NCBI GenBank assembly: GCA_964631955.1
Contig: CAZWBA010000003.1
Location: 2,344 to 66,343, forward strand
DNA: 64,000 nucleotides
Direction: 5' to 3'
Origin: an uncultured Verrucomicrobiaceae bacterium
Lineage (GTDB): Bacteria; Pseudomonadota; Gammaproteobacteria; Pseudomonadales; CAMLJR01
Shown: one piece after another, positions 59,975 through 64,000 of the stretch
How the letters are laid out: every line of letters begins with the position of its first letter
How positions within the stretch are numbered: position 1 is the first letter of the stretch
Translations under genes and position numbers: made by a program
Notes under the pieces: generated by a model
Told to the model about the DNA's origin: nothing
Seen by the model: only the letters and a program-made list of their open reading frames with translations
Databases searched by the model: none

Positions 59975-61246
59975 TCAGAATTGATAGCGCCGGCGAATCG
60001 CATCGAAACGCGTGTGCATCTGCTGAATGCGCTGCGCAGGCCCTGCCTTCGCACTATCGACTGGAAGATGCCGTGCCAACTCAGCCTGCTTGACGAGTTG
60101 CGTGCGAAAGGTGGTCGCCGCGTTACTGAGGAATGCGCGATAGGTGAGATTGCCACTCTCGAAACCCTGCGTATCGAGCCAGTTGTGATAACCGGGATCG
60201 TCGTGACAAAGAATCAGACGGATCCTGTTATCGCTATCGACATGCGTGCGGCTCGGCGTATAGCTAACCGGCCGATACAGATAGTCCATGCTATTAAAAA
60301 ACACACCCATGTTCGTCACCATCCAGAAATCGCTATGGCTATCGAACTCGATGATTAGCGCTTCGTTGGGCGCCAGCTTCCAGCATAAGTGCGCGACCGC
60401 ACGGCCACGCCGGGTATCCGCATTATCGGCAGCTGAATCGGTAGGGAATTGATTGACATTAATCGCGTCGACCATTGGACTGTATCGATACGGATGCTCG
60501 GGCCAATCATTCATCACGCCGGTAACAAACCGTCCCGCCCACGCCATCGCATCGATCATCGTTTGCGGCGTCGGCAATGGTCGTGGCGCATGCATATCGA
60601 TGCGTTCGATATGTATGCGCGCGGGAATTTCATCCCAGCGATCGAAACCCTGCCGAATAAATAATTTTCGGGAACCGCGCGTGGTCGGCAACCAGTTTTT
60701 TTTGTGCCCGTTCGTTTTTTTAGGCCCGCCTGCATTCTTAGGCTCAGGCCCGCCGATAAACAATTCAAAACTGCCATCGGCTTCGGCATGCAATTGATGC
60801 CCGAATAAATTGGCTTCGGGAATATCGCCGAACGGTTCGTGCAAGCTCGGTATATCGGTGCCCGGCTGCTTTTCGGGGCGAGCGCCCTGCACGGTAAAAT
60901 TCAAAAAGCGCGCGGTGCCTTTATTGCCGGTAATTTTATAAATCGACTCGCCATCGATCCACGCCTGCAAATACACCAGATCCGCCGCATCGCCGCCCAG
61001 TTTGCGATCAGGCGCGCAGAACGCGTGCAATGCGGGATATTTAGTGTCTTTGGTCTCCAGCGCCAAATCGAAAGCCTGCGACAGATTCTGCGTTAAAAAC
61101 CGCAATGCATCGGCGCGATGCAAGGGTGTTGCGGGATTATGGTCTTTGAATATGCGCTCACCGGCATCTTGCAGCTGCTGACAAAATTGTCGCCAAGCAT
61201 CGCGCAGTGCAGCATCATCCCGACCATCGCCAAACGCCATTGTCAT
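59975..61246 (-). CDS. Conserved hypothetical protein, possibly DUF1214-type; paralogue of 11583-12776
   Basis: Shares YKITGNKGTARFLNFTVQ, EALIIEF and HNWLDTQG segments with the first copy. Confidence 0.6.
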   Translation of the reverse strand: MTMAFGDGRDDAALRDAWRQFCQQLQDAGERIFKDHNPATPLHRADALRFLTQNLSQAFDLALETKDTKYPALHAFCAPDRKLGGDAADLVYLQAWIDGESIYKITGNKGTARFLNFTVQGARPEKQPGTDIPSLHEPFGDIPEANLFGHQLHAEADGSFELFIGGPEPKNAGGPKKTNGHKKNWLPTTRGSRKLFIRQGFDRWDEIPARIHIERIDMHAPRPLPTPQTMIDAMAWAGRFVTGVMNDWPEHPYRYSPMVDAINVNQFPTDSAADNADTRRGRAVAHLCWKLAPNEALIIEFDSHSDFWMVTNMGVFFNSMDYLYRPVSYTPSRTHVDSDNRIRLILCHDDPGYHNWLDTQGFESGNLTYRAFLSNAATTFRTQLVKQAELARHLPVDSAKAGPAQRIQQMHTRFDAIRRRYQF

Positions 61247-61261
61247 TCACCGTTCAAAAAA

Positions 61262-62074
61262 TTATGCGGATAATTCATCCAGTATTTTATCAAGGTAATT
61301 CGCCGCGCGTTGCGCTGCAGCAAAATGACCCTCGCGATCGATACGTGGACCGATCAATTCCAAATCGAAAGCGCCGCGATAACCCACTTCCTGCAACCAC
61401 GCGATAATCTGCCGCAGCGGTATTACACCATCGCCGGGCACTGCGCGTGCCGGTAACGCGCGATCGCCATAGACATAATCGCTCAATTGCACGAGACAAC
61501 AGCGCGGCAGCGCTCGCTCGAACAATGCGCGCAAGTTCGCCTCGGCCCAGCATGCGAATATTTCGATACACACACCGACGTTCGCCATTTCCGCGAGTGT
61601 CAATGCATCATTCAATGTGTGTGCGATATGCACATCGGCATACACCGCCGGCGCATTTTCGATGGCGAGAGTAATGCCAGCGTCTTTCGCCTGCGCGAGA
61701 CATGGAGCAATCGCTTCGCCAAAATTATTCGCTGCCTGCTCCCAACTTAAATTGCCGCGCCCACCCGTCATCATATAAATCGAACGCGCGTTAACCCGCT
61801 CGGCTTTTTGGATCAATTCAGTGAGGCGCACACGCCCGGCGCGGACCGATTCAGCTATCGATAAATCACCGCCAGGCAAAAAAACATGTGCGACGGTTTC
61901 AAGCTGAAAATTATTGCGCGTTAGCACATCGCGCAACGCATCGAAATTATTATCGAGCAATGGCGAGCTCAGGCAGCCGACGCGGCTAACGTGCAGCTCG
62001 CGCCAATGATTTTCCAGCTGGGCGAGGCCCGCACCCATAAAGCAGATTTGATTGATGGACAGACGTTCGTGCAT
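61262..62074 (-). CDS. Sugar phosphate isomerase/epimerase (xylose isomerase-like TIM barrel)
   Basis: 270 aa with alternating beta/alpha pattern. LAIEN and VCIEIF metal-site-like strands. Confidence 0.65.
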   Translation of the reverse strand: MHERLSINQICFMGAGLAQLENHWRELHVSRVGCLSSPLLDNNFDALRDVLTRNNFQLETVAHVFLPGGDLSIAESVRAGRVRLTELIQKAERVNARSIYMMTGGRGNLSWEQAANNFGEAIAPCLAQAKDAGITLAIENAPAVYADVHIAHTLNDALTLAEMANVGVCIEIFACWAEANLRALFERALPRCCLVQLSDYVYGDRALPARAVPGDGVIPLRQIIAWLQEVGYRGAFDLELIGPRIDREGHFAAAQRAANYLDKILDELSA

Positions 62075-62079
62075 GGTTA

Positions 62080-63267
62080 TTATCCGCGCTGCTCGATATC
62101 GAGGCCGAAACGTTTGCGATACGGTTCGAACTCCGCGTGCAATGCTTCGATATCCTCACCGATGATATCGGTCGAGTATTTGAATTTACCGTAGCGATCG
62201 CCTTTGTTATTGCGCAGATAATCGCGCATTGCATGTTCTGTTTCTGGTCTGAACGGCACTCCTGCAAACTCATAGTAGCCGCGAATCGTGCCGACGGGAT
62301 CGGCGACGAAATCGGGATAGCGCACGTGATGAATGCGCGCATCGTCGACGAGTGGATTGTTCATCGTTGCCCTGAAACTGGCGCGCGCCATATCGAGCTG
62401 CAATTTCGCCTGCGCCTTCCAGTCGACATGGCCCGATAACCCGCCGACCAGTTCGCCGGTCAACACGATGCGCGACGCGATGGTTTGCACGGGATCGCGA
62501 TGCGTCCAGATAATGCGGGCATCGGGATATGTCTCGAATAATTCCTTCAATCGAAAACTGTGGAAACCTTTCAGCACCCAATATTTTTTTTCGCGCCCAC
62601 CCATTCTCGACAAATCAGCCTGGCAGTGCTGCAACATCATCTTGTGAATACGGTATTGCGCACGCGCATCGGTCGGCAGCCCGCCCACCACCATCCCCAT
62701 CGGCACACGCCACCACGCGGTCGGTGTCATCACGCGAAAATCAAAAGCCCAGGTGCGCTCGCATTCGGGCAAGCCATTGCCGAGCATGTCGTTGTAGGGA
62801 TGACTGATCAGCCAGAACGGCAGCCGCTGCAAAATTTCGCGCCAATCGTTATCGGCGCGCACGCGACGTGGATCGTCCGGCGCAGCCATACCCGATGGCG
62901 GCGACGGATACATCACTTCCCAGAAACGCAGTGCGCGTGCATGCGGATCGACCGCTAACAATGCGTGCAATAACGTCGTGCCCGCGCGCGGTTCGCCCGT
63001 TGCGAATAATGGCCGTTCGATTTTTTCCTTTTCGAGATCGTAGCGTTTGTGATCATCGAAAAACTGCAATCGCGAAGTGAGCAACCAATGACAAACATCG
63101 GCGGCTTTTTGCTGGCCTACTGCATCCATATCGGCATTTCGCAATAACTCAACAGCCATGCTAAAACGCTCAGGCAGGGTGTCATCGCCCCAATCGGAAA
63201 AACCCGTTACCGCCTGCGCGGCATTCAACAATTTATCGGCGTTCAGGATATCGCTATCTGCATTCAT
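62080..63267 (-). CDS. Sulfotransferase family protein (paralogue of 13601-14833)
   Basis: TGEPRAGTTLLHALLAVDPH loop and WTHRDPVQTIAS motif. Confidence 0.75.
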   Translation of the reverse strand: MNADSDILNADKLLNAAQAVTGFSDWGDDTLPERFSMAVELLRNADMDAVGQQKAADVCHWLLTSRLQFFDDHKRYDLEKEKIERPLFATGEPRAGTTLLHALLAVDPHARALRFWEVMYPSPPSGMAAPDDPRRVRADNDWREILQRLPFWLISHPYNDMLGNGLPECERTWAFDFRVMTPTAWWRVPMGMVVGGLPTDARAQYRIHKMMLQHCQADLSRMGGREKKYWVLKGFHSFRLKELFETYPDARIIWTHRDPVQTIASRIVLTGELVGGLSGHVDWKAQAKLQLDMARASFRATMNNPLVDDARIHHVRYPDFVADPVGTIRGYYEFAGVPFRPETEHAMRDYLRNNKGDRYGKFKYSTDIIGEDIEALHAEFEPYRKRFGLDIEQRG

Positions 63268-63293
63268 TTTTATTTATCCACAGCTGGCAATCT

Positions 63294-64000
63294 TCATTGG
63301 TTAACGAGACGCAATAATTCATCTTCCGCTTCACGCACTTTTTGCGCGGAGCTTGCCGAATACTTCAAACCCGCCATGCCGCTGTAATCGAGAATCTTTG
63401 GTACGCGCAAACCGGCATCGACAAAGCTCTTCACGATACCCGCCACCTGTTTGGGCGTGCCGTGCGGCGTCACCGCGAGAATCATTTCAGGCCGCGTTTT
63501 TTCCAGCATCGCCAAAATGCGCTCGCGATTGAGAATGGCGGGATTGATATCCTGGTAACCGCGCCAGTTTTCGCCGAGTGGATGTTCGAAGCCATGCGCT
63601 TTGAGAATGTCGGCCGAAATCTGCATGATCAGCGCCCTCACGAGTGGCGCGCTGGCAATTTCCGCCAACTCCGCCTCATCGTTGCCAATCAGACAGGTTT
63701 GAATAAAAGCCGGTACGATCGCGAAAGGATCGCGGCCCGCACGCTCGGCGGAATCGCGTACCACTTTTAATTTCGCTGCATATTCCTCCGGGGAATACGC
63801 ACCTGCCGGCCACCAGCCATCGGCGAAACGCCCGGTAATTTCCAGCATGCGCGGACCGCTCGCACCGATCCAGATTTTTGGAAATTGTTTTTCGAACGGT
63901 TCGGTGTCGAGACGCGCGTGATGCAGCTGATAAAACTGCCCGTCGAAATCGACCGGGCCTTCGCTTTCCCACAATAATTTCATCACGGTAAGCGCTTCTT
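63294..64000 (-). CDS. LLM-class (luciferase-like) flavin/F420-dependent oxidoreductase; N-terminus beyond window
   Basis: The open frame runs to the window edge. PKIWIGASGPRMLEITGRFADGWWP is typical of LLM oxidoreductases. Confidence 0.65.
   Translation of the reverse strand, partial: EALTVMKLLWESEGPVDFDGQFYQLHHARLDTEPFEKQFPKIWIGASGPRMLEITGRFADGWWPAGAYSPEEYAAKLKVVRDSAERAGRDPFAIVPAFIQTCLIGNDEAELAEIASAPLVRALIMQISADILKAHGFEHPLGENWRGYQDINPAILNRERILAMLEKTRPEMILAVTPHGTPKQVAGIVKSFVDAGLRVPKILDYSGMAGLKYSASSAQKVREAEDELLRLVNQ

Overview
GC-rich chromosomal segment with gammaproteobacterial gene order. All protein calls rest on by-eye motif recognition and synteny; no database search was run. Core blocks: hslR-yrfG, asnS, tRNA-Arg, cytochrome c5, terC-typA, mscL, glnA-DUF4124-ntrB-ntrC, thiI-trmL, secB-grxC-rhodanese, gpmI-envC-ctpA, hisF-purT-hisA-hisH-hisB, mutY-yggX and tRNA-Phe. 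Accessory blocks: (i) a minus-strand TetR / SnoaL-like / epoxide hydrolase / membrane-anchored di-haem cytochrome c (RoxA- or fatty-acid di-haem peroxidase-like) / P450 cluster at 4750-10889. (ii) A divergent plus-strand seven-gene redox and sulfotransferase operon at 11030-17992. (iii) Two about 94-95% identical amidohydrolase paralogues flanking a class III CoA-transferase at 18059-22161. (iv) A second DUF1214-like / TIM-barrel / sulfotransferase / LLM oxidoreductase module at 59975-64000. The stand-out element is an integrated filamentous (inovirus-type) prophage of about 7.2 kb at 51070-58279. It is bounded by an exact 46-bp direct repeat of the 3' part of tRNA-Phe. It carries a 186-CI-type HTH repressor, a Rep_trans-like initiator, a leaderless 42-aa coat protein, a Cys-rich pIII-like adsorption protein, a pVI-like protein, a Zot/pI ATPase, an antisense 69-aa membrane ORF in the slot that holds ctxAB in CTXphi, and a tyrosine integrase. 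It has no secretin gene. Also present are a small family of GTAG-headed REP-like palindromes, a sigma54 promoter for glnA and several hairpin terminators. No CRISPR array, rRNA gene or transposase was seen.
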